DNA of 64,000 nt from an uncultured Actinomycetes bacterium (GTDB taxonomy: Bacteria; Actinomycetota; Thermoleophilia; UBA2241), in contig CAVYCN010000012.1 of assembly GCA_963767005.1 (NCBI GenBank), forward strand, positions 64,001-128,000, given 5' to 3'. Numbering within the stretch: position 1 is the stretch's first letter; the number at the start of each line of letters is the position of its first letter. The translations under genes and the position numbers were made by a program. The notes beneath the pieces were generated by a model, which ran no database searches, was not told where the DNA came from, and saw only the letters and a list, made by a program, of their open reading frames with translations. Shown one piece after another: positions 29,569-39,329 of the stretch.

Positions 29569-31641
29569 TCAGGACACGGAGACGACGGGCAGGGCCTTCG
29601 TCGCCGCGGCGTTGCGGGCGTCGCCGGCGAAGCGCACGCGCAGGCGGAGCGCGCCGGCCGGCGCCGCGTAGACCAGGCGGAATGTGGAACGGGCCGTGGT
29701 GCGGGCGTGCGCTACCGTCGTCCAGGCGCCGCCCGACAGGCGCTGCAGCAGCAGCGGCACGCCGGCGCGCAGCGGGCGGAAGGCGCCGGTCACGGCGACC
29801 ACGCCGGCCGCGGTGGGCATGGCGGCGCGGGCGCTGAGCGCCGCCCGCACCGCGACCGTCACGCTGCCCGACGCCGCCGCCTCGAACTCGGCCGTGCCGG
29901 CGGCCGCCGTCGGCGTGAACGATGCCTGGAACGACGTGCTGAAGCGCGGCGAGAACGCGAGGACGGCCGCCCCGCCGGCGCCGGTCGTGACCGTCCGTGC
30001 CGCCGGCGTCGCGCCGCTGCTCGGCCCCACCTCGACGCCCGCGAGGGAGCCGATCGGGTACGACGTGTCGTCGGCGTCGGCCGCATGGACCGTGAGCTTG
30101 ACCTTGCCGCCCAGCGGGATGGTGGCGCTGCCCGCCGAGAGGGTGAGCGTGACCGGCGTGCCGGCGGCCCACAGCACGGCGCTGCCGGACGCGGTCGTGC
30201 CGGTGGTCGCCTGCACGGTCACCAGGTGCCGCGTCGGCGCCCCAGCGTAGGGGCCGGCGACCAGCGTCGACGTGTCGACCGTGAAGGCAAACGACGCCTT
30301 CGCGCCGCTCGTGGTCACGGTCGTGACCGCCTGCGTCGCGCCGCCGTCGAGGCTGTACGTCAGGTCGTGCGGCACGAAGATGCTGATGCCGCGGGCGAAG
30401 GCCCGGCCCTTGGCGTTGTGGCCCGGCGGCCAGGCGTTCTCGCGGGCCCTGCCGCCGACCGTCGCCGTGCTGCCGTCGGTCGAGGTCGGCGGCGCCACCG
30501 TCACGGTCGGCGTCGTGTCGACCACGTCGGGCAGGCCGGCGCGCGTGACCCGCCAGCCGACCTGGCCGGCGGTCGACGGGCAGATGCCGCCGACCTGCTG
30601 GTCGTTGCCGTAGGCCTGCCCAAAGAACGCCGCGACGCCCTCGCTGCCGCCCCGCATGATGCAGACGTCGTTGGTCGTGCCGCCCTTCACCGCGTTCCGG
30701 TTGCGCACCCACAGGTAGCCCGAGTAGTCGCTGCCCGTGCTCGGGTAGCCGGTCTCGGCGGCGTACTCGTCGAGCGCCCCGAACACGTGACCGATCTCGT
30801 GGGCCAGCACGGCGCCGTAGTCGGCCGGGCCGTAGCTGTCGTTGTCGTAGGTCGTCACCGAGTAGGGTCCGAAGAGGTCGAAGGTGTAGGAGAACGCGCC
30901 GTCGGGGAACTCGCCCGGCGTCTTGTTGTGCGTGCCGGCGGCGTCGTCGTGCAGGCTGTCGACCACGTAGACGGTGAACGCCCAGTCGGTGTGGTTGGCC
31001 TTGCGCACGGCGTTGTCGTAGGCGGTCTCGGGCGGCGGCGAGTCGGCGCTGCTGGCCGCCTTGAAGCCGAGCTTCGCCATGATCGGGTGGCGCCACGCCT
31101 GGTCGTTCGTCGAGGCGACGTCGATGGGCTCGCGTGCGACCTTGACCTGCCTGGGGTAGCCGAGCGTGCCGTAGGCGGGCACGACGAAGCTCAGGTGGGC
31201 CGCGGCCGGCGCCCTGGTCGCCCACCAGTCGAGCGCCTGCTGGACCTGGCCCAGGATGTAGACCTGACGCGGCGTGAGGTTCGGGTAGGCCGCGCTCGTC
31301 AGGCCCGTGGTCCCGTACTGGTCGAGCGTGGCCCACTTCTCGGTGTGGGTCGTGCCGCCGGCGCCCGAGCTCTGCGGGAAGATGACGCTCACGGCGACCG
31401 AGCCGGCCGCGAAGGCGGCCGGCTCGGTCGCCGTCGGCAGACCCGACGTGAGGCCGGCGAAGGCCGGCGCGGTCGCGCCGGCCACGCCGACCGCACCGGG
31501 CAGCTTGAGGTCGTTCGTGAGCGCCGGCAGCACGGTCGCACCGGCCGCCGCGGCGGCCGGCCACAGCGCGAGCAGGGCGAGCACGAGCGCCGCCGCAAGC
31601 GCGGCGCGGGACCTGCGCTGATGTCGGCGGTCCGCGACCAT
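29569..31641 (-). CDS. Secreted zinc metallopeptidase-like protein with C-terminal beta-rich domains
   Basis: Signal peptide, AHEIGHVFGALDEY, CIM Met-turn-like segment. Confidence 0.7.
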   Translation of the reverse strand: MVADRRHQRRSRAALAAALVLALLALWPAAAAAGATVLPALTNDLKLPGAVGVAGATAPAFAGLTSGLPTATEPAAFAAGSVAVSVIFPQSSGAGGTTHTEKWATLDQYGTTGLTSAAYPNLTPRQVYILGQVQQALDWWATRAPAAAHLSFVVPAYGTLGYPRQVKVAREPIDVASTNDQAWRHPIMAKLGFKAASSADSPPPETAYDNAVRKANHTDWAFTVYVVDSLHDDAAGTHNKTPGEFPDGAFSYTFDLFGPYSVTTYDNDSYGPADYGAVLAHEIGHVFGALDEYAAETGYPSTGSDYSGYLWVRNRNAVKGGTTNDVCIMRGGSEGVAAFFGQAYGNDQQVGGICPSTAGQVGWRVTRAGLPDVVDTTPTVTVAPPTSTDGSTATVGGRARENAWPPGHNAKGRAFARGISIFVPHDLTYSLDGGATQAVTTVTTSGAKASFAFTVDTSTLVAGPYAGAPTRHLVTVQATTGTTASGSAVLWAAGTPVTLTLSAGSATIPLGGKVKLTVHAADADDTSYPIGSLAGVEVGPSSGATPAARTVTTGAGGAAVLAFSPRFSTSFQASFTPTAAAGTAEFEAAASGSVTVAVRAALSARAAMPTAAGVVAVTGAFRPLRAGVPLLLQRLSGGAWTTVAHARTTARSTFRLVYAAPAGALRLRVRFAGDARNAAATKALPVVSVS

Positions 31642-31770
31642 GGTCGACCCCGCGCCCATGCTAGGGGCGACCCTCCCGCCGGTCAAACGCGCCCGCTTCG
31701 TCTCGGCCTCCGTTTTCTGGTACCGTACCTGCTCCACCGTCCTTCGTTACAAAGAACGTTCGAGGAAGCA

Positions 31771-32697
31771 GTGTCCGAACAGTCCCTCCGCATCGTCGTC
31801 CTCGTCAAGCAGGTCCCCGACACGGCCAACGTCACGGGCGAGGCCATGAAGGATGACGGCACGATCAACCGCGCGGCCCTGCCGGCGATCTTCAACCCGG
31901 AGGACCTGAACGCCCTCGAAGAGGGCCTGCGTCTGCGCGACCGCCACGGCGGCCGGGTCACGGTCGTGACCATGGGCCCGCCCTCGGCCGCCCAGGTGCT
32001 GCGTGAGGCCCTGTTCCGCGGCGCCGACGAGGTCGTGCTGCTGTCGGACCGGGCCTTCGCCGGCGCCGACACCCTGGCTACGAGCTATGCGCTGGCGCGC
32101 GCCATCGAGCGCCTCGGCCGCACCGACCTCGTCCTCTGCGGCCGGCAGGCGATCGACGGCGACACCGCCCAAGTCGGCCCTCAGACCGCCGAGAAGCTCG
32201 GCCTGCCCCAGATCACCGGCGTGGTCCGTGTCGACGAGGTCGTGCCGGAGCCGGTGGGCGGCTGGATCACGGCGACGCGCGCAGTCGAAAGCGGCACCGA
32301 GACGCTGCGCGCACCGCTGCCGGCGCTGCTCACCGTGACCGCCGACGCCAACGAGCCGCGGCCGCCGAGTGTGAAGCTCGTCATGACCTACAAGGACGCC
32401 GTCGCCGAGGCGTTGCCCGACTACGACGACAGCTACCTCGACCCCGACTCGGGCGCGGCCGAGGTCTGTCTCGTGACCCGCGCCGGCCGGCGGGTGTGCC
32501 GGGCGCGCATCGTGCAGTGGGACGCCGCCGCGATCGAGGCCGAGCGCGAGCTCGTCGGCCTGCGCGGCTCGCCGACCCGCGTGAAGAAGATCGACAGCGT
32601 CGTGCTGACCGCCGGCGAGGCACGCCTCGTCGAGCCGACCGACGACGGCGTGAGCACGCTCGTGCGCGAGCTGATCGAGGAGCACATCCTTGGCTAG
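31771..32697 (+). CDS. etfB: Electron transfer flavoprotein beta subunit
   Basis: VKQVPDT, NPEDLNALE, AGADTLATS, GRQAIDGDTAQVGP; GTG start with GAGG RBS. Confidence 0.93.
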   Translation: MSEQSLRIVVLVKQVPDTANVTGEAMKDDGTINRAALPAIFNPEDLNALEEGLRLRDRHGGRVTVVTMGPPSAAQVLREALFRGADEVVLLSDRAFAGADTLATSYALARAIERLGRTDLVLCGRQAIDGDTAQVGPQTAEKLGLPQITGVVRVDEVVPEPVGGWITATRAVESGTETLRAPLPALLTVTADANEPRPPSVKLVMTYKDAVAEALPDYDDSYLDPDSGAAEVCLVTRAGRRVCRARIVQWDAAAIEAERELVGLRGSPTRVKKIDSVVLTAGEARLVEPTDDGVSTLVRELIEEHILG

Positions 32698-33811
32698 TAC
32701 CCCGGGCGAGGTCTGGGTCTTCGTCGAGACCAGAGGCGGCCATGGCCGGCGGCCGGGCGGCGACGGCGCGGCGCCCGACCTGCACGCGGCCGAGATCGCG
32801 CTCGAGCTGCTGGGTCGCGCCCGCACGCTCGCCGACGAGCTCGGCGCCCGCACCGGCGCCCTCGTCGCCGGCGGCCCGGGCGCGCGGGCGCTCGCGCCCG
32901 CGCTCGTCGCCGCCGGCGCCGACACCGTCTATCTCGCCGTCCACGACGCGCTCGACGACTACCTGGCCGAGCCCTTCGCGCGGGTCGTCGTCGAGGCCGT
33001 GCGCCGGTTCCAGCCGCAGATCGTCCTGTACGGCGCGACCACGACCGGCCGCGACCTCGCGCCACGGGTCGCCTCGGCGCTGCGCTGCGGCCTCACGGCC
33101 GACTGCACCGACCTGCGCGTCGGCGACCACGAGGTCAAGGGCGTCGAGTACCGCGACCTGCTCTACCAGATCCGGCCGGCTTTCGGCGGCAACATCATCG
33201 CGACGATCGTGAGCCCCGAGCACCGGCCGCAGATGGCGACGGTGCGCGAGGGCGTCTTCCGGCTGCCCGACTCCGACCCGGCCCGCCGCGGCGAGGTCGT
33301 CGCGCTCGCCGTCCAGCGCGTGACGGGGCCGGCGGTGAGCGGCAACGGGCGGCCCTCGGCAGCCGGCGGGCCCATCCTGCTCGACGACCTCGACCTCGCC
33401 GTCGAGCTCGTCGACCGCACGCCCGAGGAGCGGTCGGTCGATCTCAAGGGCGCCCGTGTCGTGGTCTCCGGCGGCGTGGGCGTGGGCGACGCCGCCGGCT
33501 TCGACCTGCTGCGCGAGCTGGCCGACACGCTGGGCGGCGTCGTCGGGGCCTCGCGCGCCGCGGTCGACGCCGGCTGGATCAGCCGCGAGCACCAGGTCGG
33601 CCAGACCGGCACGACGGTGCGTCCCAAGCTCTACATAGCGGCCGGCATCTCGGGCTCCGTGCAGCATCGCGCCGGCATGGACCAGTCGGCCCGCATCCTC
33701 GCCATCAACACCGACCCGCTCGCGCCCATCTTCGCGGTCGCGCACTACGGGATCGTGGGCGACCTGCACGACGTGGTGCCGCGGCTGATCAGGGCCTACC
33801 GCGAGAAATGA
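32690..33811 (+). CDS. etfA: Electron transfer flavoprotein alpha subunit
   Basis: GLTADCT, RPAFGGN, QVGQTG, GISGSVQH. Confidence 0.93.
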   Translation: MASTPGEVWVFVETRGGHGRRPGGDGAAPDLHAAEIALELLGRARTLADELGARTGALVAGGPGARALAPALVAAGADTVYLAVHDALDDYLAEPFARVVVEAVRRFQPQIVLYGATTTGRDLAPRVASALRCGLTADCTDLRVGDHEVKGVEYRDLLYQIRPAFGGNIIATIVSPEHRPQMATVREGVFRLPDSDPARRGEVVALAVQRVTGPAVSGNGRPSAAGGPILLDDLDLAVELVDRTPEERSVDLKGARVVVSGGVGVGDAAGFDLLRELADTLGGVVGASRAAVDAGWISREHQVGQTGTTVRPKLYIAAGISGSVQHRAGMDQSARILAINTDPLAPIFAVAHYGIVGDLHDVVPRLIRAYREK

Positions 33812-33884
33812 CGACGATGACGAGCGCCGGCGACCCGCGAGACGTGACGGCGACCGCCGCCGGCGGCCGGCGACTGGGGGTCTT

Positions 33885-35624
33885 GTGAGCAACTACTACA
33901 GCGACGACCCCGATCTGCAGGCGCAGCTCGACGCGCTCGATCTGCGCCGCATCGTGGCACTGCGCGAGGACGATTACGAGCAGGCCCACGACTTCGCCTA
34001 CGCGCCGCGCGACTACGACGACGCGCTCGACTCGTACCGCCGCACGCTCGAGATCGTCGGCGAGCTCGCCGGTGACTTTGTGGCGCCGCGCGCCGAGGAC
34101 GTCGACCGCGCCGGCTCCGCGCTCGTCGACGGCGAGGTCTGCTACGCGCCCGGCATCGCCGCGGCACTCGAGCGGCTCACCCAGGCCGACCTCATGGGCA
34201 TCACGCTGCCGCGCCGCTACGGCGGCCTGAACTTCCCGGTCACTGTGTCGGTCATGATCGTCGAGATGATCTCGCGCGCCGACCCCGCGCTCATGAACGT
34301 CTTCGGCCTGCAGGACATCGCCGAGACGATCAACAGGTTCGCCAGCGACGACCTGAAGGAGCGCTACCTGCCGCGCTTCGCAAGCGGCGCGGTGACCGGC
34401 TCGATGGCGCTGACCGAGCCCGAGGCCGGCAGCGATCTGCAGAACGTCCAGCTCAAGGCGACGCTCGGCGCCGACGGCGTGTGGCGCCTGAACGGCGTGA
34501 AGCGCTTCATCACGAACGGCTGCGGCCAGGTGTCGCTCGTGCTGGCGCGCTCCGAGGAGGGCACGACCGACGCCCGCGGCTTGTCGATGTTCGTCTACGA
34601 GCGCGACGAGCACATGCGCATCCGGCGGCTCGAGGACAAGCTCGGCATCCACGGCTCGCCGACCTGCGAGCTGCAGTTCGACGATGCGCCGGCGCTGCTC
34701 GTCGGCGAGCGCCGGCGCGGCCTCACCACCTACGTGATGAGCCTCATGAACGGCGCCCGTATCGCGATCGCGGCGCAGGCCCAGGGCATCGCCGAGGCGG
34801 CCTACCGGGCGGCCTCGAAGTACGCCGACGAGCGCGTGCAGTTCGGCGGGCCCATCCGCGACCTCACGCCGGTGGCCGCCATGCTGGCCGACATGAAGGT
34901 CGCGATCGAGGCCTCGCGCGCGCTGCTCTACGAGACGGCGCTGATCGTCGACCTGAAGGAGGGCCTGGAGCGCCGGATCGAGCAGCTCCAGTCCGGCGAG
35001 CGCCCGCCGCGCGACGACGACGAGCTCAAGGAGCTGCGCGCCGACTTGAAGAAGCACACGCGCCTGGCGGCGCTCTTCACGCCGCTCGCCAAGGCCTGCT
35101 CGACCGAGATGGCCAACACGGTCACCTACGACTCGCTGCAGATCCACGGCGGCTCGGGCTACATGCGCGACTTCGCCGTCGAGCGCCACAGCCGCGACGC
35201 GCGCATCACCAACATCTACGAGGGCACGACTCAGCTCCAGGTCGTGGCGGCGATCGGCGGCGTGCTGTCGGGCACCATGAGCGACCGCCTCGACGAGTAC
35301 GACGCCGGCGACTTCGCCGCGACCCCCGAGGCGCTCGCCCGGGTGCGGGCGGCGCGCGAGCGCTGGGCCGCCGCCGTCGCCCACGTGCGCGCGGCCGACT
35401 CGCCCGCGTTTCGCGACTTCCACAGCCGCCGCCTGGTCGAGATGGCGATCGACCTGGTCTGCGCCTACCTGCTCTTGCGCGCGGCGCAGAGCGCGGCGCG
35501 CAAGCTGCTCGTCGCGCGCTACTTCGTCGACCAGATGGCCGCCCAGGTCGAAGCCGCCGCGCACGCCGTGCTGGCGTCGGGCCCGGCGTCGATCGACGCG
35601 CTGCAGGCACTCGGCAGGGACTGA
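33885..35624 (+). CDS. Acyl-CoA dehydrogenase (long form)
   Basis: MALTEPEAGSD, KRFITNG, QIHGGSGY, IYEGT. Confidence 0.93.
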   Translation: MSNYYSDDPDLQAQLDALDLRRIVALREDDYEQAHDFAYAPRDYDDALDSYRRTLEIVGELAGDFVAPRAEDVDRAGSALVDGEVCYAPGIAAALERLTQADLMGITLPRRYGGLNFPVTVSVMIVEMISRADPALMNVFGLQDIAETINRFASDDLKERYLPRFASGAVTGSMALTEPEAGSDLQNVQLKATLGADGVWRLNGVKRFITNGCGQVSLVLARSEEGTTDARGLSMFVYERDEHMRIRRLEDKLGIHGSPTCELQFDDAPALLVGERRRGLTTYVMSLMNGARIAIAAQAQGIAEAAYRAASKYADERVQFGGPIRDLTPVAAMLADMKVAIEASRALLYETALIVDLKEGLERRIEQLQSGERPPRDDDELKELRADLKKHTRLAALFTPLAKACSTEMANTVTYDSLQIHGGSGYMRDFAVERHSRDARITNIYEGTTQLQVVAAIGGVLSGTMSDRLDEYDAGDFAATPEALARVRAARERWAAAVAHVRAADSPAFRDFHSRRLVEMAIDLVCAYLLLRAAQSAARKLLVARYFVDQMAAQVEAAAHAVLASGPASIDALQALGRD

Positions 35625-35767
35625 GCCGGGGCCGGCGAGCGCGCTGGTCCGCGCGTCTCGTCCGCGGCCCCGCTACAGTCCCCGGAAGTGTTTCTCGCAG
35701 CCGAGCAGCCGCAGCGTCAGCTCGTCGGGCCAGCCGGGGCCGAGCGGTCCGACCGGCGCGAGGGTGC

Positions 35768-36931
35768 TCATCGCTGGTCCACACCCTCCATCGGCATCCT
35801 CAGGATGTCCAGGACCGGACGGGCGAAGTACAGCCTTCGCCATTTGCGGCCCTCTGCCTCTTCGAGCAATCCGGCCTTCACCAGGGCCTTGATGGCGGTG
35901 CGAGCGGTCGGGTTGGTGACCCCCAGCGCCTTCTGTGCCTCGGCCACCGTCATGATCGGTGCCCGCATGATCTCGTCTACGAGCGCCAGCGCCTTGGGCT
36001 GGCCCTGTACCTTCTGCCGGTGCTCCTCCCGAACCTGTATCAGGTCGCGCGCCTGCCGCGCCGCCCGCACCGCGGTCTCGCGGACCCCGGTAAGGAAGAA
36101 GAGAAGCCAGGTGTACCAGTCGCCTTCGGTCCGCACTCGAAGCAGCGCATCGTAGTAGTCGCCGCGGTGCGCCTCGATGTAGGCCGAGAGGTAGAGCAGC
36201 GGCTGCGTCAGGCGGCCAGTCTCCGTCAGGAACAATGTGATCAGCAGGCGACCGACGCGACCGTTGCCGTCGAGGAACGGGTGGATGGCCTCGAACTGCT
36301 CGTGTACGAGCGCGCACTGGATAAGAACGGGCAGGATGGCCCTGTCGTGCAGGAAGACCTCCCAATCACCAAGCGCTTGCATCATCTCGGGTACAGGGGG
36401 TGGAACGTAGGTCGCCGTCGCCGGGGTCGAGCCAGGGGGACCGATCCAGTTCTGAGAGCGACGAAACTCCCCCGGGGTGGCGTGCGATCCGCGGACGCCC
36501 TGCATCAAGCGCTCGTGAAGTTCTCGCGCGAAGCGGAGAGACAGGGGAAGCTCCTTCAGACGCGCCAGACCGTACTCGAGCGCATCGATGTAGTTGCGCA
36601 CTTCGCGCAGGTCGTTCGGATCGCGCTCGGATGGCGGCACCTTGACTTCGTCCATCAGCAGTTCTGACAGCGTCGTCCGAGTCCCCTCGATGCGTGACGA
36701 TAGAACGGCCTCCTGACGGAGGTACGGCGCGATCAGCAGATGCGGGTTGGGAAGCTGTTCTCCGGCGATCGAGAGCTCCGCAAGAGCCGCGTCGGCCTGC
36801 GACAGGACGAGCACCAGGTCCTGCGGATACTCGAGGGGGGGCGGAAGTGGAGCGGGTACGAAGGCGTAGTAGCCCGCAGCGGCTTCGATAACGCGACCGG
36901 CTTTCGTGCTGTGAAACGGTGCTGGGTCCGT
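35768..36931 (-). CDS. Fic-domain AMPylase with N-terminal autoinhibitory helix and C-terminal HTH
   Basis: HPFLDGNGRVGR, SSRIEG; conserved AFVPAPLPP lies upstream of the called GTG, so start extended to ACG at 36931. Confidence 0.88.
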   Translation of the reverse strand, partial: TDPAPFHSTKAGRVIEAAAGYYAFVPAPLPPPLEYPQDLVLVLSQADAALAELSIAGEQLPNPHLLIAPYLRQEAVLSSRIEGTRTTLSELLMDEVKVPPSERDPNDLREVRNYIDALEYGLARLKELPLSLRFARELHERLMQGVRGSHATPGEFRRSQNWIGPPGSTPATATYVPPPVPEMMQALGDWEVFLHDRAILPVLIQCALVHEQFEAIHPFLDGNGRVGRLLITLFLTETGRLTQPLLYLSAYIEAHRGDYYDALLRVRTEGDWYTWLLFFLTGVRETAVRAARQARDLIQVREEHRQKVQGQPKALALVDEIMRAPIMTVAEAQKALGVTNPTARTAIKALVKAGLLEEAEGRKWRRLYFARPVLDILRMPMEGVDQR

Positions 36932-36973
36932 GACGGGCTCCGGTCGCGCGGTGCATTTTCAATGCGCCGAGCG

Positions 36974-37005
36974 CTTTGAAAATGCTGGACGCCATATTTT
37001 CAAAG
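36974..37005. promoter_or_regulatory. Perfect inverted repeat upstream of fic (candidate autoregulatory operator)
   Basis: CTTTGAAAAT-N12-ATTTTCAAAG; extra half-site ATTTTCAA at ~36955. Confidence 0.6.
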
Positions 37006-37207
37006 ATGAGAGGCATTCGCAAAGGGAGATCGCTTCGCGATCTCCCCACGCGCCGATCCGCTTCTGCCATCTGGTCGACGAGATGGAGTACCGCGCCGTC
37101 GGCGCAGCACGTCCTGCCTGTCAGGGGTGTGCAAAGCGTGGGGGAGTCGGGGCCGAAGTCACATCATGGGCGCGCTCGGCCGGGTCGTCGAGCGCGCGGC
37201 CGGCCGC

Positions 37208-39055
37208 TCAGGCGCCGTCGTCGGGTGCGTCGTCCCAGTCGGGTGGCAGGATGATGCCACTCAGAGGGTCGTCGGGCTCGGCCGCGGCGCCGGCGTGCGG
37301 CTCGCCGCCGGCGAAGGCGTCGGGCGCCTCGCCGTAGATCTGCACACGGCCGCCGCCGAGCGCCCGCGCCTTGGCGAGAGCCTCTACAGCGTAGCCGCCG
37401 AGCTCGTCGGCGTCTTCGGCGTGGCGCGGGAAGCCGGCGACGCCGACGCTCAGCGTGAAGGAGCCGAGCAGTCCGTGGTCCTCGTCGCGCAGCTCCATGC
37501 CGGAGACCGCCTCGCACAGCCGCTGCGCGACGAGCGCGGCGCCGGGGCGGAACGGGGGCGTGCTCGGCAGCAGCAGGGCGAACTCTCCGGAGCCGTGCAC
37601 GCAGGCCACGTCGACCTTACGACGCAGGCTCGCCAGGAGCAGGCGGGCGATCGCCTTGAGCACGGCGTCGCCGGCCGTCCGGCCGCGACCGATCACGAGA
37701 CGCTCGAAGCCGTCGACGCCGACCAGGACCACCGACAGGGGCTGCTTGTAGCGCACCGCGCGCGCCGTCTCGGAGTAGAGGTGGTCGTAGAAGTACCAGC
37801 GACTGAAGAAGCCGGTGACCGGGTCGACCGCCGTCTGGCGGTCGTAGGCGCGCTCGAGCCGGCGATGCTCGAACGCCACGGCGGCGAGGTCGGCCAGCGC
37901 CTGCAGCACGGCCATCTCAGCCGACGAGAAGCGCGGCAGCGGGCAGCCGCGGATGTCGAGGAAGCCGATCGTGCGCGCGGGCACGACGAGCGGCACGATC
38001 ACCCGGGTTGGCTCACCCGACGTGCGGGCCTGGGCCGGCCGATGGCGCTCGATCGCCCGCAGGACGAGCTTGTCGGGGGCCGGCTCGGCGCCACGGCCGC
38101 CGGCGACGGCCGGCGCGCCGACGGCGAAGCCGTCGTCGGCGCCGCGATCGTCGTCGTCGAGGCGGGTGAACGTGTCGTCGTCGCCGCGCAGCCAGACGCC
38201 GACGTCGTGCTCGACGCCGGGCAGCAACTCGCTCGCGGCGCGCCGCAGGCGGTCCACGACCTGGCGCTGGTCGAGGGTGGCGGCCAGGGCGTGACTCGAG
38301 TCGACGAGGCTCTGCAGCAGGCCGGCGTGGTCGTCGTGGTCGCGACGCGCGCGCACCGACCTCACGCCGACCTCTGCCAGGCGGCAGACGGTGTCGAGCA
38401 GGGCGCGCTCGTCGTCGTCGAAGCGGCGCACGGCGCGGCGCTCGACGAGGCCGAGCACGGCGATCACCTCGCCGTCCTCGAACAGCGGCAGGTCGAAGGA
38501 GCTGCGGTAGCCGCGGCGCTCCATGAGCGCCAGGGCCTCGGGAGGCAGGTCGGGGTCGTCGATGTGACGTTCGAGCGGCGCGCGGCTCTCCAGCAGCAGC
38601 GTCAGGTCGGGGCGCTTCGCCAGCGGCACGATCGTGCCGACCGCCGCGAGCTCGTCGGCGCTGGCCCCATCGTGACGCCAGGCCGCCTCGTAGCGGGCGA
38701 CCTCGCGCTCACGGTCGAACACCCACAGGTCGACGAGCCAGAGGTCGAGCAGGCGACCGGCCTCGGCGACGAATGCGCCCAGGACATCGTCCGACGCAAG
38801 GGCGGCGGCGAGGGCCCGTTCAGCGCCCTCGGCGCTCGTCGTCGCACGGCGCCGGTCGGACTGCTCGGGCGCCTCGGCGGCGACGGCCGCCGGAGCGGCG
38901 ACCGTGGGCGGAGCGGCGCCGGGGACGACCGTGGGCGGAGCGGCGTCGGGGGCGACCGTGGCCGGAGCGCCGAAGACGGATGCGGCGTCGATCATGCGCG
39001 CGATCATGTCGGACGCCGTGGTAGCAGCGTCGCCAGGATGTTCGTCTTGGTGCAC
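37208..39055 (-). CDS. GAF-GAF-GGDEF protein with degenerate active site
   Basis: DPVTGFFSR, RKVD-VACVH-GSGEF, TLSVGVA. Confidence 0.85.
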   Translation of the reverse strand: MHQDEHPGDAATTASDMIARMIDAASVFGAPATVAPDAAPPTVVPGAAPPTVAAPAAVAAEAPEQSDRRRATTSAEGAERALAAALASDDVLGAFVAEAGRLLDLWLVDLWVFDREREVARYEAAWRHDGASADELAAVGTIVPLAKRPDLTLLLESRAPLERHIDDPDLPPEALALMERRGYRSSFDLPLFEDGEVIAVLGLVERRAVRRFDDDERALLDTVCRLAEVGVRSVRARRDHDDHAGLLQSLVDSSHALAATLDQRQVVDRLRRAASELLPGVEHDVGVWLRGDDDTFTRLDDDDRGADDGFAVGAPAVAGGRGAEPAPDKLVLRAIERHRPAQARTSGEPTRVIVPLVVPARTIGFLDIRGCPLPRFSSAEMAVLQALADLAAVAFEHRRLERAYDRQTAVDPVTGFFSRWYFYDHLYSETARAVRYKQPLSVVLVGVDGFERLVIGRGRTAGDAVLKAIARLLLASLRRKVDVACVHGSGEFALLLPSTPPFRPGAALVAQRLCEAVSGMELRDEDHGLLGSFTLSVGVAGFPRHAEDADELGGYAVEALAKARALGGGRVQIYGEAPDAFAGGEPHAGAAAEPDDPLSGIILPPDWDDAPDDGA

Positions 39056-39154
39056 GTCCCCTCCGCTTGAGCGTTCCCGTCGCAGGCGACGCCATCGTTG
39101 TCGGCAGGTCGGCCACCTGCCGATAGGGTCTGCGGGGAGCGCCGGGGCGAAGGA

Positions 39155-39183
39155 CTAAAGGACACGGGGGGGCTTGCCGATAC
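39155..39183 (+). promoter_or_regulatory. Sigma28/WhiG-type promoter
   Basis: CTAAA-N16-GCCGATAC. Confidence 0.65.
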
Positions 39184-39329
39184 TGGGAGTACCCCCTTCA
39201 CGACGGGCCCGGGTTCTGCAAGCCGCCTCACGCGAGACGGCATGCAGTGCCCGGGCCCGTCCCCCTTCTCGGGTCGATGACGGCGGCGCCCGCTTCTGGT
39301 AGATTGGCGGTGCCTGAAGGAGGCCGCAG

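Noticed and set aside
29488-32697. 1069-aa ORF suggesting a large EtfB fusion
   Set aside because: The N-terminal part is the antisense shadow of the peptidase; EtfB starts at 31771 with its own RBS
39202-39261. c-di-GMP-I/II riboswitch
   Set aside because: Lacks the two-stem GNRA/receptor or kink-turn consensus
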